Origin: Ascidiella aspersa
Taxonomy: Eukaryota
Assembly (NCBI GenBank): GCA_963924565.1
Contig: OZ004609.1
Coordinates: 26,226,001 to 26,290,000, forward strand
Direction: 5' to 3'
DNA: 64,000 nucleotides
Notes under the pieces: generated by a model
Databases searched by the model: none
Seen by the model: the letters and a program-made list of their open reading frames with translations, nothing else
Told to the model about the DNA's origin: nothing
Shown: positions 35,301-47,758 of the stretch, piece by piece
How positions within the stretch are numbered: the first letter of the stretch is position 1
How the letters are laid out: each line of letters begins with the position of its first letter
Made by a program: the position numbers and the translations under genes

Positions 35301-38300
35301 TTTAACAAACAAAATTAAAAAGTAGAAAAAATCAACTAATCTCGTCAGATAACGGGCGACATTTAGAAAACAATAAAGAAAACATTCATGTAACGTCGAC
35401 CGATACCTAGTTTTAATGTAATATTTTCTTATCTAATATAACGGCCTCCAATAGAGATTCAGATAGTCCAGACAACGTTGCGTGGTTTATCAGCGCCAAA
35501 GCATCACGGCAAACATTGTGGGCCGATCTAGGTGCGGGTGTTCAGAAACTAACTAACGAGTCTGCGCACGTTTGGCAAGCGTTCGCGCTAACCTGGAGGA
35601 AAATGCTTATTAGTTCGACCACTCTTCCTGTAAATTCGCGAAACCGCTAGCGCTCAAGTGCAAAACAGCCACAAAACTAACTATCCTGTACATAGACGCT
35701 TGTGATTCGGACCCAGCACCAACCACTGAGTGCATTCGACGACAGCTAGCAAACAGTCGAGTAAGTCGACTAATCAGATTCGTGCGCGCTTCCTAAATGT
35801 CCTGTCCATTATCTGCTTCCCCGCAAAAAGCGGGAAGCCTCTGTGCCGTTGGTTCAGGCGCCCGCAGCAAAACCGCTAAAATCAATGGCGGCTCTCGGGA
35901 ATTGACACAACGGGATCGGATTGAGTGCCAAGGATTGCCTACATGTGTAATATATTTTTTCGTCTCTGGCATGACCTTTACATTTCCGACTAATCCCGAG
36001 ATAAGTGTTTCCTACAAGTGTACATTCGCACTTGTTTGTTGATTTATCTTTCAAGGGCGACACAGAAAACATATCATGTATAATAGCGCGGGTAAAAGAG
36101 CCAGCTGCAAATAAACTAGGGGAGTTGGGTCGATGATGTAATTTGCTTAGTTTTATAGGCTGCTGGTTTTTTTCAAGATGCGGAGATCGATACAACCAGA
36201 TAGTAGAGATCAATAGTTTTCTTTATCACATGATGAGGTTAATGGACCTGTTTTAAATGCAGTATAAATCCACAGACATATTTAGAAAGGGTAACTGTCG
36301 CATGTTCAAAACTGACAAAAATCACAGTCAAGCCGGATAAAAGCCTCCCGGTCAACCTAAAAACGTCTCTTACACTATAATCCCAGAGAAACAAATTGCT
36401 GTTTATCTTTCAATGCGTTTTGAAGAGCAAGGCTGTTGGCGCTAGTAGAGTAAACTGTGCTTTTAATACTAGAAGCATGTCCGGTTGGAAATCGAAAATA
36501 TTAGCTCAAGCCGATAACAGGTTTGTTTATCGTTGGGAAGTTGCGCTGGGACCGATTACATAAAATGGCGCGCAATCGATCGGTGGCCAGGAAGTTACCC
36601 TTAACATTTTAAAGGATTCGTACCTGCGTAACGCATATTACTTGTCGATCAGGACTAAATATATTGTGACGTAACAAACCACAAAATTATTTTAAAGAGC
36701 CGGATGGAAGTACCCGGTAACATTAGTACTCCTTGCTGATACAATTCATTAATTCTTGATTTATCTTACTTACTTTGTTGCAATTCTGCTACTTCTAACT
36801 AATTTTTCACTCGGTTAGAGAGCCGCAAAATGTACAGTTGAGAATCACTGCTGTAATGTGCAATTTACATCGATTGTTTACCGAATCCCTTGCCGTATAT
36901 GAGAAAACTGTTTGAGTAAGCTAGCTCAATATGCGCATTGAAGTGAAAGTGAGCAACTGCCACATTCTTTGTATATCCTCAAATCTAAGATAAGATCTTG
37001 ATTGCAATTAGACAAGTGTGCTCTATCGCGAAACGAAATCGTTCTGCGCCTAAACTCTCTCATCAACGAAACGTGTCTGTAATCACACGCAAGGTCAACT
37101 CCAAACGCATCGACAGCTGAGGCCGTGCGTCGATAGAAGTTCAACTCTTGATCTAATATCAACAACGTGAGCTACTTTCTTTACAATTCCGTCATATCTC
37201 TGACGGTAAAAAAAACACATTTTGGCGTGCACTCTTAGCTGATCAACAGACACTTTTAACCTGACAATTAAAACTATACGAGCTTGGAAGCCGACAGTTT
37301 CACAAGTTTGATATAAGATACAACAAAAATAATTCGAAAAACATACACAGCTCGTCAAACGGAACACCTGGAACAGCGTCCTCCAGCCACGCGCCGCATC
37401 GAATGGCGCTCGCAGAACGACGCTACAAAGGCAGGAAACTGTTTAATTACAAGCAGAGCCGAGAAGCAAAACAGTGTCGGGTATAAATAACGCCACCCCC
37501 AGTGTATTGATGCGCGCGGAGCGGCCTGGTTTGCGGTAAAAATTGTGCGAGGGCGTGCTGAAGCGGCTGTTGTGCTGTTGTTGAAGAGGCCCCGAAAGCT
37601 GTCCCGGGAATGGAGCCGGCCGTTGTTAACGTGGCCGTAAAAACTGTTTGTGGCACTGCGCGCTTGGTGGTTCGGTACACACGTGCGCTCAACCACATGC
37701 CGCCTACGCATTTTAAACTTTGATTAAAATTGATTAACAGCTCGAACAAGCTTGATAAGGCAAAATATTTTCCACATACGAGTTCTGATATTAATACGTG
37801 TTAAAAACATAGGTTTTGGTCGTTTTACGATAAGGCAAATACATGACGTGTGCGCGTTACAATTGTATACTTGGAAATATAATTCATCCAAATGCCAGTT
37901 CTTGTTCTTTCGCGACAGCCGAGCCCAGTTGATCTAAGCCTTTTTACAGGCAGTTTGCAGATACGCTCTAATCTTTAGACTGCGATTTTAGGTGTTTTTT
38001 CTTCAAGTATAACTTGTGTTGCCTAAACAGGGAATAGAACCCAGGGCCTGTGGGTTACTGGGTTGGCTGCAAAATACAAAATCTAGCGCTCGAAAAGACT
38101 TTTGCCAAATCGAAGATCAAATAGCGTTCACCAAACATGTAGTATGACGTCATAGCATAGACACGAATAATCTCATATGGACATAACTTGAATCAATTGC
38201 AACAGGTAAAGTAAACAGGAAACTATATTAATCGGAAGTTGCTATCTCATTTCCGCCATAGCCAATTGACATAACGAAGCAATAAAACTTAAAATAACCA

Positions 38301-41300
38301 TTAACTTAAAACGTCTCAGTGGCTACATCTAGCGGACAAATTATTTTAATGCAATATTGCTAACGTCAAGACCGTTAGTTTACATTAAACAGCAGTTCAA
38401 ACAAACTCGATAAAACGGCACTATATTAGATAACAGGTCGTGCTCGTGACAGACTTTCTGTACTTTGTAAAGGCTGTTACTTTCCCACAATTCGAGCCAT
38501 GTTCTGTTCTGTCCTTTACAATTGCTGCTTTCCCAAAAGTTTTACGACTATAGCTTTCTCGTTATTGAGGTAGACACACAGCGATGATAAGGATCACACT
38601 TGTCAAAACTTTTTGCAAATTTCAAAAGCAAAGAACATGATGGTTCGTGGCCTTAATTTAGCTTTGAAAAAAATAATAATAGGTAAAATATATAAAAACG
38701 CTGATGCAAAACCGCCATTTACGCAACAAACTACTAGCTCAACTATCACAAACGCAGTTTTAGTTCGCCATAACCGTTTATCCAAGTGCCCTAAAGTGTA
38801 GCTTCTGACTGGTGCCACGCAACACTGTAACGCCACTGTATTAATGAAGTGCTTCGGCCTAGACAAAGCGGTAGCTATTCGCGAGTTGACGTTAGTTACG
38901 ACAGATCAAAGGTTATCAAACAAATCCGACAAATGTGCGCGGCCTTCGACACAACTCGAGATTTAATCTCTATGAATATCGCAATACGTGTCTAAATAAG
39001 GTTACAAAACAATCTCATTATCAACTAAAAAAAATTATGAGCTGCTAACCAGCAGTGTTGCTAAAAGTGGCACGTTTTTATCTAACCTGCATAAAAACTT
39101 GAAAAATTTTTCAGACGAAAAAAATGGACCTTACATTTTGCCTGTAGTGTAGACACAAGCATTTTCCTGAAATTCGTAATATACTTTGCAAGAAAACTTT
39201 TGCGTTGCAAGTTTGCAACACTATAGTGCAGGGTTCGGGAACCTTTTTACCTAAGGGAGCCATAAAAGCGAAATACCTTTGGTTGTGTTTCGGTGAGAGT
39301 CATATAACATGTTTGGTTTATGTTGTGTTAACATGTTTGGTTAATAAAATGGTGATTTGGATAGGGCTCATTGTTCTGTTATTATTTAAAATTCAGGGCA
39401 TATTAAGTAGGGTTGGCAAGCCTGTCAATTGACCGGTCAAATACGGTCAATTGACCGGACAATTGACCGCAGTTTATTTAACCGGTCAAATACTAATATT
39501 CGATTCAAATAGTGTAAATTTTTTAAGGTTTGTTTTGTGATTTGAGTTGTTAATAATCTTGATTGTAACTTTTTTAAAGAATTCAAATATAAAATTGTAG
39601 GGTTTACCTGATGCAAACACATGTTCTGTGGTAATAACAAAGTGTTTCTAAAAGTAAAGTAGATTTATTTTGTTTAGAACTTTAGAATAAATGCACGTAT
39701 ATGATGAATCGCGTTTGTCATAAAAGGAAACACTAGTTGGGGTGTACCACAATCTTAGGCTACTTAGAAATTTAGAAGAACCAAATCCCTTGTCCTTAGT
39801 GAATCCTGGTGTTGATTTAGAAAAATCAGATAGTGACAAAAGTTGTGACGAGGAGTAATAATACTTTTTTACCTGATGCATTTACTTATTGTTAAATTTC
39901 GTTAATAAACTTGGTGGTTCTAGTAGTAGTCAAAATTGCTACAGTAACTGCTACAGTATTGCTATAAGATGGGCATGGTTTTGCAAAAATTCTTATTGAT
40001 AGTCAAAAATAAATTGTTTTTGTTTTACAAACCATTGTATCTGAGCCAAAACGTTCATATATTTATTTAAAGTTGAAATCAAGGTTTATTTTTAACTTCA
40101 ATTGCATTATGATAGTGTTTATAGTATTTGACCAATATTTGACCTATTTGACGAGTATTTGACCGGTCAATTGACTGGATTTTATTTGACTGGTCAAATG
40201 CCCAACCCTAATATTAAGTGCAAAAAAGTGCATTTCATAAGTTTACAAACTTTAATTACAGAATGCTATGATACTAACATGACCATTGGAACAGTAAGAG
40301 ATTCCGACAAACGGACTAAAAGCCACGAATAGACAAACAAAATTCGCGCTAAGCGCTGAAAAAAGTCCTGCTCGTCTTGTTTCAAAAAATGATAAGTACA
40401 GTTTGGAAATGGGCATGGCCGCGTGCAGTTTTATTTGCATCACGCTAGAATGATAGCTTTGATTTAGCCGCGGGTAAAATTCTCTTATTAAAGGTGCCCT
40501 ATGGCGTCAACAAAAACAGCAATAGGTTCCCGACCGCTGCTATAGTGTAAGGAAAGAAAGTCGATTGGTCCAAATTAAATGGGCGATGGGGATGTGGGGT
40601 GATGTTTGCAACAGACCTGCATGATACTGATGGGTCGGTTGCGGCTCACTCTCCCTTGGTCGTTGGCGGCGTTTTGCAGACCGACCTTGGCGCGATCGAC
40701 GGAGTGCGAGAATCTCTGGTGAAATTACAAGGCAAGTGTGGCGGTGTCGATTGCAAAATAATTACGCGTTGGTTGAAAACTGTAGGGTGTTTCTCCATAA
40801 ACGAAACAACGCAACCTCGAGAGTTGAAAATCGACCTTTTAGTTTTATTAAATAGGTTTATAAAGACACAGATATTTGCACCGGAATTTAAACGATCTGG
40901 CAAAATAAACTCTTGCAAGGTATTAAATGTCACGTAATTCTTATTTAAAAAAATACTGAATCTACTTTTTAAAATGTTCTTTCAAACGAAATAAACCCTT
41001 ATCGGTTTAACACATTAGATAAAACGTAAATTTAATACAAAGATAAAACTTAATCGCATTTAAAATATTACTGAATCCATTTCTTAAAAAGTTACATATT
41101 TGCAACTCTCTGGTTGTTTTTATGGAGGTTTCTTTATAAGTGACTATGTAATTAATCCACGAACAATTACAGTGATTACAACAATGTACGGAAATTAGGA
41201 TACAAAAAGATTGGGAATTATAAAGGGAAAACCCGTAAAAGGAAAATATGACGAAAACCTTGGTTTTTGTCCGCCTTTAAGTTGCAAGCAGCTGAATTGG

Positions 41301-44300
41301 CGCGCGAACAAGTAAGCTAACATGCGACAATTAATAATTTAAATTCTAGTTGGGCGCGGTAATTACGGATCTTGAAACAGATCTTACGCTTTCCAGACTG
41401 GGCGAAGGCGGTACGTTCTCCTTGCGGTCGATTTTCTTGCGACGCGGCGCGGCCGGCACCGCAAACTCACCACTTTCCGGTTTGATCAGCGACGTTGAAA
41501 GCGGTCGGGGCGGCGGTAAGCCTGGTAAAGGTGAAAGGCCAAAGTCAGGAGATGTTTTTAAAACTTACAGTGCAGCTATACCAGATTTTTCAACAACTAG
41601 GCCACTTAGTAAATCTGACAAAAGAACACCAAGATTGCACCCCTGCACAACAAAGAACTCTTCTACTAAAATTTTTGACCAACCTACAGATACAAACAAT
41701 GCAAAAACAGATTTTAATGGTGAAACAAAAAGTAGGAACTTCATCAGCCCATTCAATGGAACAGGTACAGCGAGTATAGGCTAAATGTAACACTTTTTCT
41801 TATTCAGGTAAACGGCAATTTGCAAACGATGTTTATCTATTACCTTGTTTGCTTGGTTCTGGCTCGTCCTCAGTAGATTTGGTCAGGGGAGCAAGTTTCT
41901 TGGGCGGTCCACCCCTTGTTGTCTGCCTCTCCTTCTCCGGCGAGGCATGTTGTGATTTGCGGTTTTCTGCTTGTGCTGATTTTCTTTGCTCAGGAGCCTT
42001 CACAGGTGGCTCCGAAGGAGGTTGTGGTGGAGGTGGTGTGGCGGACCTTTGGACCTCTTCTGGAGTGTCAGGGTGAGGTTTGACATTGTCATAGGTTTCA
42101 AGGGATTCCGGCGGTGTTGGGGCACTGTGGACTGGGAAGTCGGTTGTTTCATCGAGGCCCGGGGAATGAGCCTTATGAGAAGCCCCATCGGCATAGGGTA
42201 GGTCAGCTTGTGGTGTAAAGCTGGTGTTGTGGGTGCTTGGGGGCTCTAAACAAAATACACACTATTGGGTTAAACTCGGTGGTTCTCATGGCAGATATTT
42301 ATAAATCTTTGGGAATCTGATTTTTACTTAACTCTTACAACTTTTTGTTCACAATTGGTGTGAAATAAAACCAATTATATTTTTTTATACACTGTGTAGG
42401 TTTGATGTGTGTTGTTCCAGTTTAGTTTATTGTGGCATTCTAGTAAATTACTTTATGGAAATCTTATAGGGGTGCCACAATTTATTTATTGTTATGAGGG
42501 GTGCCACAAGGAAAAAAAGACTTAAAAACACAGGCTTAAACTTCATATTTCCTGGGACTAGAGAAACAACGCAACTTCAAAAAGTATGAGGAAACATTTA
42601 ATACACATAGCAAAATGCTTTTATGCTTTGTTTCAAGCATATGAGGATGAAACTTTGAGAAACATGCATTTTCACTAAAGACATTACACAGAACAGGAGG
42701 GGCACAAATGTATCACTGCAATAAGATGTATACCCTCGTCGAACAGAGCGTACAGCCATAACAGCATTTCAGGTGAAAGTGATGAAGTATTGTGAGGCTC
42801 TGTGTGGTTTGTGTGAGTTTGTTCAGTGTTATGTGAACCTTGAAGTTAGATTGTAAGAAGAATTGTGTTAGATCCTGTGACACGTTTTTTGCTGAATTTT
42901 TACTAAGCTGCACACTCAAAGTAAAAATATTGTTATACTCCTGCTTATTTCGTAGAACAAGAAGCAGATGTTATTCTCTGCAATGTGTGGGTTGAATGAT
43001 AAAGTGGACAATTAATAATAATAATTATTATCACCATTTTTTTAGACACAACTTCTATAATGGTATAAGTTGCTTGTACTAGATAACCTGTTTTAGTCCA
43101 ACAAATAAGATATTGCCTGTGGAAATTTCCCAATTTTTAAAACCCATTCTCACAAATGAGAAATGATCAGAAGTTTAATCATTCAAGTTGACTGAGTGGC
43201 ATAATTTTAGCATGGCCAGGTTCATGTAAACAATATTATTTCACATTTAATCACAAATTCAAAATAAAATACAATTACCAACCTTCCTGGTGTTTTTGTG
43301 GTGTCTGGAATGTGGACATGGGTGCCTGTTGGTCAGACGAAGCAATGCTGGAAGCATCAATTGAATCGCTATTAACTGACGACATTGATGCAGATAGCGA
43401 GGGGGTTCTGTACTTCTTTTTCAGCTGTACAAATTTATCTCCCTGCAAAAGACACAAGGGTTGTCAATGTAATTGAGGTCTAATCAGAATTTGTTTAGGG
43501 TCGAATTTGTTTTAAGACCAATCAAACTACAATTACAACTTTGCTATATTCTATTCAACATAAAAGTCTTGGGTCAGTCATTATTCTAATTTGCCATTCA
43601 CTATACGATAGAAGTCCTACAAAGTGTGTTAGCATTTAATTTTAAAAGCCATAAGCTAACACAATATGCTTTATATATTTAGTATTATCAAAATATTTTT
43701 GTTAAAAAAAGTTTTTAAACTTGCTTGTTATGTCACATGTTTACTTTAATATACATATATAAATGCTTGTATTAAAACTTAAAACAAACAGGCAAGTTTA
43801 AATGCCCTGCTTAAGACATAAATATTAAGACTACTGCCATGGGTAATCGTATGCAACAATGCTGAAATGTTTTTGATTTATCAGTAAACACTCAAGCTTA
43901 CACCACATTTTTGTGAAGAAGAGCTTACAAAAACATATTTACAAAAGGCAATTCTAAATTACTAGATGCTCTCTGTATTGTATAATAACATAGAAATAGT
44001 TTAGTTAAAAAAACAATCTATCATTTATGCAACATGGCTTAGGCAGTATAATAAACAAAAATACCATAAATAGACAAAAACAATAAATTTAACTCTAACA
44101 ACCGAAACAACAACGTCTTTCATATATATCTTTTTTAAGGTGATTAAAATGCAAGTGAATTCCTTATGTATTTTGCTACTGTTAAAAAATGCTATTAAAG
44201 CATAATTAAGTACATAACATATCTTAATAGCCCAAAAAGTAAATAGGTTTCAAAATATTTACAATTTAGTCCTAACCACCAGGCTCTGTCTAGTTAATCA

Positions 44301-45532
44301 AAAAATATGCCTTACTGAAATTGCATACGGCACAATCAAAAGAAGGCTACAGCAGTCTCATTAAAGAGTAAACATGACAAAATGAAACTAAATTTCTACT
44401 AAATCGGACAGTCTACCTTCAGTAAACACATGTAAACAGATTTTGTATACAATATGTACAGTAATATGTTTTAAATAGAACAGAGGAAGGCAGGTGCAGT
44501 GCTGAGATTAAAAACATAAAAATAAAAAATATACCGGTTAAATTGAATTAGGAAACCAAGAACATTAGACTGTAAACATTACAATTTATTAAAATGTTTA
44601 AATCTACTTCCAACAAAATATTGGGCCAGAAATTTTAATTTCAGAGCTGTTATGTATTAATCATTAGTTTGCAATAAACTAATGTTTGACCAAAATATTT
44701 TTTTTAGAAAAATGCAATGTATACTTGTTGACAATAAAAATGAGTTAAAAAAACTATTTGTATTTTTAGTTCAACAAACTACATTTACAATGAATTTTGT
44801 AATTATGCAGCACATGGTATAAATGCAGTTGTTTAGCAAATAGGATTCTAATTTACCGCACGGTATGGTAAGTGTGACTCACATTTTCAGTCTTCACCAC
44901 CGCTACTGTGTTGACACATTCCTTGAACTTCTGGCGTGCAACATCTACCAGAAAGCAATACAAAGGTATTATTATTATTATTTCAGTGGCGGTTACAGCA
45001 TCATTTAGCACTTCCTGTATTGTCAAGGTTCACATGACATGCCGTTCCACAATGAATGTAAAGCAAAAAAAACACAATGGGTGTACTCTACTTGTATACA
45101 TGTATTCAATATAGTTTAAGTCAGTGCTTCTCAACCTTTTTTCGCGGCGACCCAAATATCAAGTATGACCTTGGCGACCCAAATGTTTTTTTTCTGTAAG
45201 CGAAATAAAAACTAGCTTCTTGTAAGCAAACAAAAAATAGGCATTAGCATAAAGAATTTTGAATTTTAATAATTAATTATAAGACATTATTTGTATTGCT
45301 TCCTGAATTTTCATAATTAAAAAGAAATCTTTCTCAGAACCAATCTCAATTAGTATAAACATGTGACTACTGCTATCGGCAACCCAACCAAATCAAACAG
45401 CGACCCAATTTTGGGTCGCGACCCATAGGTTGAGAAGCACTGGTTTAAGTGATATCACTTTTCCAGATCGATACCACACCAATATATATATGATTTTTAA
45501 GGTTTTTGCCAACAGCTACCCGATACTGATTT

Positions 45533-45564
<32 letters not shown>

Positions 45565-46188
45565 CGTTGAATATAGTCAAAATTTGCCAAAACTAAAAAG
45601 AAAATCCAAATAACATTTCCATTTATCTATCTATAGTTATTAAAATCTTGTTATCCATAATAACTTTGCACGATACTAAGCAAATTTTCTTTTAGCCAAA
45701 AGCATAGGAAAGTTGTTTAATCAGGGAAAAACAATATCATATTTTCTTAGTAAATATCGACTGAAATTTACTGATACCAATATATAGGTAAAACCAATTT
45801 ATTAGCCGCTATTATCAAGTCCTTTTTTACACACATTAGGGCAACTTCTTGATGTTTTTTTACAAATCAACCATAGTTGTCAGACATAGACAAGGAATGT
45901 TATAGATGTCGCTGTTTTAGTTTTAAAATGTGGTATAGGTATGATACTAAAAAGTGATTTTGGTCTACCTCTACTTTACAGACTTAAAAAAATCAAACTA
46001 AAATATGAGCAACTTAATGTTAATAATGTATTTAAAACATAAATAACAATAACTCATAATAGTTTACCTCTGCTTTCTGGGTTGTTTAAAGCCTTTTTGA
46101 AGTTAGAAACAAGAACAGAGTTTTTTACTTTTCCTCCGTGTGATGCAATAAATTGACACACAGTTTCCACACTTATCTCTGAAGCCAT
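20397..46188 (-). CDS. SOWAH: Sowah (sosondowah/SOWAH family) ankyrin-repeat protein. Exons 46068-46188, 44883-44944, 43283-43442, 41844-42245, 41388-41521, 40650-40715, [31665-31730], [30899-31003], 30759-30803, 30164-30265, 29723-29734, 29491-29493, 29028-29030, 28683-28769, 28209-28214, 27031-27100, 26330-26407, 23589-23621, 23234-23361, 21945-22030, 20397-20574 (648 aa if all are included; bracketed exons may be isoform-specific)
   Basis: N-terminal family motif FIASHGGKVKNSVLVSNFKKAL..ARQKFKECVNTVAVVK..KFVQLKKKY, a Pro/Ser-rich linker, then [75 protein letters not shown]. Phases are consistent throughout. Low-complexity middle and C-terminal exons are less certain. Confidence 0.88.
20604..20997. 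mobile_element. hAT-type MITE
   Basis: TIRs TAGGGCGAATATTTTTG / CAAAAATATTCGCCCTA, TSD GTTATAAC / GTTACAAC (7/8), subterminal TTTTGAC repeats. Confidence 0.8.
23787..23996. mobile_element. Penelope-like inverted pLTR remnant (fold-back) with hammerhead motifs on both strands
   Basis: ~93-bp near-perfect inverted arms, each containing CTGAAGATGATA..TATCGAAACGTC. Direct repeat AAGTCTTTAAAA at 23774-23785 and 23994-24005. Confidence 0.7.
23839..23880 (-). ncRNA. Minimal type-I hammerhead ribozyme motif (second copy on + at ~23904-23944)
   Basis: Minus strand reads ATTAA-CTGAAGA-T-GATA(GAAGCTCG)TATC-GAAA-CG-TC-TTAAT: intact core, GUC triplet, 5-bp stem I, 4-bp stem II, palindromic ACGT stem III. 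Confidence 0.65.
25851..26407 (-). CDS. Extended (alternative terminal) form of the last Sowah ankyrin exon, adding ~160 aa ending ..PPMWKPAGPKTR*
   Basis: The reading frame stays open through the internal donor at 26329 (A|gtaagc). The stretch is strongly GC-rich and encodes a basic/Ser-rich sequence (RRSSSGSSGRRGS, RKESVLKNLMRRPS). Confidence 0.65.
27308..27862. mobile_element. hAT-type MITE
   Basis: TIRs CAGTGGTTTTCAAAC / GTTTGAGAACCACTG, perfect TSD ATTTAACC. Confidence 0.88.
28209..28214 (-). CDS. Sowah 6-nt microexon (Asn-Gly)
   Basis: acacag|AACGGG|gtaggt; restores [14 protein letters not shown]. Confidence 0.75.
28554..28625 (-). mobile_element. tRNA-derived SINE head or tRNA pseudogene
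   Basis: Minus strand: A-box TGGCGTAATGG, tRNA-like spacing, B-box GGTTCGATTC. No intact acceptor stem. Confidence 0.55.
29028..29030 (-). CDS. Sowah 3-nt microexon (Tyr)
   Basis: gttatag|TAT|gtaagt, with ~100-nt AG-free upstream zone. Confidence 0.8.
29491..29493 (-). CDS. Sowah 3-nt microexon (Gly)
   Basis: acgacag|GGC|gtaagt, with ~110-nt AG-free upstream zone. Confidence 0.8.
29723..29734 (-). CDS. Sowah 12-nt microexon (Asp-Phe-Ile-Met)
   Basis: tttttag|GATTTCATCATG|gtgagt; matches the family DF(I/V)xG(Y/F)TALHW motif. Confidence 0.85.
31665..31793 (-). CDS. Probable alternative first coding exon of a short Sowah isoform (MEAALSQPPKRLTRMRSFSVQLRRVEESLNKGQAPRPKHLVRR)
   Basis: ATG in acaacATGG context, 22 nt after a tttttgtcag acceptor, with an in-frame upstream stop. 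Open frame to a gtaagc phase-0 donor that joins exon 30899-31003. Confidence 0.65.
31898..32352. repeat. Tandem duplication, ~233-bp unit x2
   Basis: Units start tgctaattg at 31898 and 32131, with a long identical core (cacaccttcaccccagctc...aacgcggaccgtt). Confidence 0.9.
39229..40539. mobile_element. hAT-type MITE (outer element of a nest)
   Basis: TIRs CAGGGTTCGGGAACCT / AGGTTCCCGACCGCTG, perfect TSD CTATAGTG. Confidence 0.85.
39408..40210. mobile_element. hAT-type non-autonomous element nested in 39229-40539
   Basis: Termini TAGGGTTGG / CCAACCCTA, subterminal TTGACCGGTCAA repeats, perfect TSD ATATTAAG. Confidence 0.85.
45122..45442. mobile_element. hAT-type MITE
   Basis: Perfect 16-bp TIR CAGTGCTTCTCAACCT, GCGACCC subterminal repeats, perfect TSD GTTTAAGT. 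Confidence 0.9.
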
Positions 46189-46849
46189 TCTGGCCTTAAC
46201 TTAATAAACCTTAAAACAAAACATTTAGAATAAAAAATGGTTATTTGCCACGATAACTTGGTTACTCATATTCCTGTTCATGATTATTTGTTGATTCGGG
46301 TTCAAGTCAATGCAATATTAAATTTAGTTTCTTGCACATTATTTATATGATTTATTTCCTAATCTTTTTAAATTACTTGTTACCTTAATAAATAGCCTCA
46401 ATAAAGACCCCAGCTAGGGTACACATGCACCCATCATTCAGTCTAATAAGTATAGCAGATCTCATGTGTGTACAGCCAACAAATCGGGATGTTAGGGTGC
46501 ACCCAGTAGTGCAACAGATATAATATAGGGGTGAATAATTGATTTTTTTAGGCACAGCTGGGTATTTCAATTGCTTTATGACTATTATTTTTGACAATTA
46601 TCTTATTCAAAATAACATACTGTTTATCATTATGGATAGTTAGTTTTAGAGCCTATATGTTTACTTAAAAGAACAATAAGCCACCAAACATTGTTAGTGT
46701 TCCTCAAAAAAAAAAAATTGACATGTATATCATCAAACAGTACAGTGTGTATTTTTCACTAATGGGATTCCGAATTGGAGTTTCAAAATATTACTGATTT
46801 TAACAGTAAAATTCAGTTGTTGTTGTAAACACACACAACTGTGCAAATG

Positions 46850-47040
46850 TATTTACCTTTTTGGAACAAGAGATAGAGCTAAACCAAACGCCCAAAAGGA
46901 AAGTAAACATAAGTTGTTGAACCAATTAGTATTTTATTAGACGCCATTTTGTGTTTTTGGAAAAACGTTTTTTTGTTAGTCAGAAATGAGTTACACAGGA
47001 TCTCAAATCAAATATAAAAGTGTGTATAAGTTATTTTAAG
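46850..47040. promoter_or_regulatory. Candidate bidirectional promoter of Sowah and the ISOC2-like gene
   Basis: Head-to-head ATGs at 46188(-) and 48055(+). YY1-type CGCCATTTTG at 46942-46951. A minus-strand donor near 46856 and acceptor near 46211 suggest a Sowah 5'UTR exon. Confidence 0.4.
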
Positions 47041-47758
47041 CTTTTAAACATAAAATAATAAATTTAATGCGAAGTTGTTTAGATTTATTTTAAATACATT
47101 GGCTTTGTTACTGTTAGCATAGGGAAAATCCCTGTAGGGTAAACATTTTCCATGTTATTGTAAACGTAAACAGCACAATAAACAAGTTTATAACTCCTCT
47201 TTTTATCAAAATTTTTCCGAAAAATAATTTTTCCTAACCTAATATAGCATTTCAACGTTTTCTTAAAGTTGCTTTGCCTACCCTTACACGATTTTTATGC
47301 AACCTCAGCATTTTTGAAACTTCTTTCAACAACGCTGTTGGTTGCTGTGTGAAGGCGTTAGTTCGTTCTTGTAGATGTTGACCAGTCTGCATTCTGTGGC
47401 AGAGATTTTTTGAAAGCAATTTATGTCCACACTAGAATTAGGAACTTGTACCCCTAAATCCCAGCACAAGGTTGAGTTGTGCTAGATCCCCTAACATCAG
47501 GTGTGCATAGAGGCTTAATTGCACACTGTACACCTCCAAGTTTGGTGCTTCCATTGTACACCCAAAATATTGATGTGATGTGTTATGGAATGCAGTGTGG
47601 CACATAGATTAAACATCATATACAAACTGATAAACACAATGCCATCAAACGTAAATTACTTTTTATTTTTAAAATATAAGCCTTGCTGCTGCATCTTAAG
47701 GTTACAATAAACTCCTGATTTATGAATTATCCACTTCCATTTATGTTATGTCACTCAA

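Noticed and set aside
33128-36213. Several 76-125-aa ORFs in the large Sowah intron as nested genes
   Set aside because: No domain motifs, mostly non-ATG starts, and no consistent splice structure.
41569-41780. Apparent minus-strand exon (tttag...gtaagt) between Sowah exons 4 and 5
   Set aside because: In the required phase it hits a stop at 41590 and the peptide is not protein-like. The flanking exons join in frame without it.
41350-42201. Plus-strand ORFs of 144, 94, 75 and 71 aa
   Set aside because: They mostly overlap Pro-rich Sowah exons in antisense; no independent gene structure could be built.
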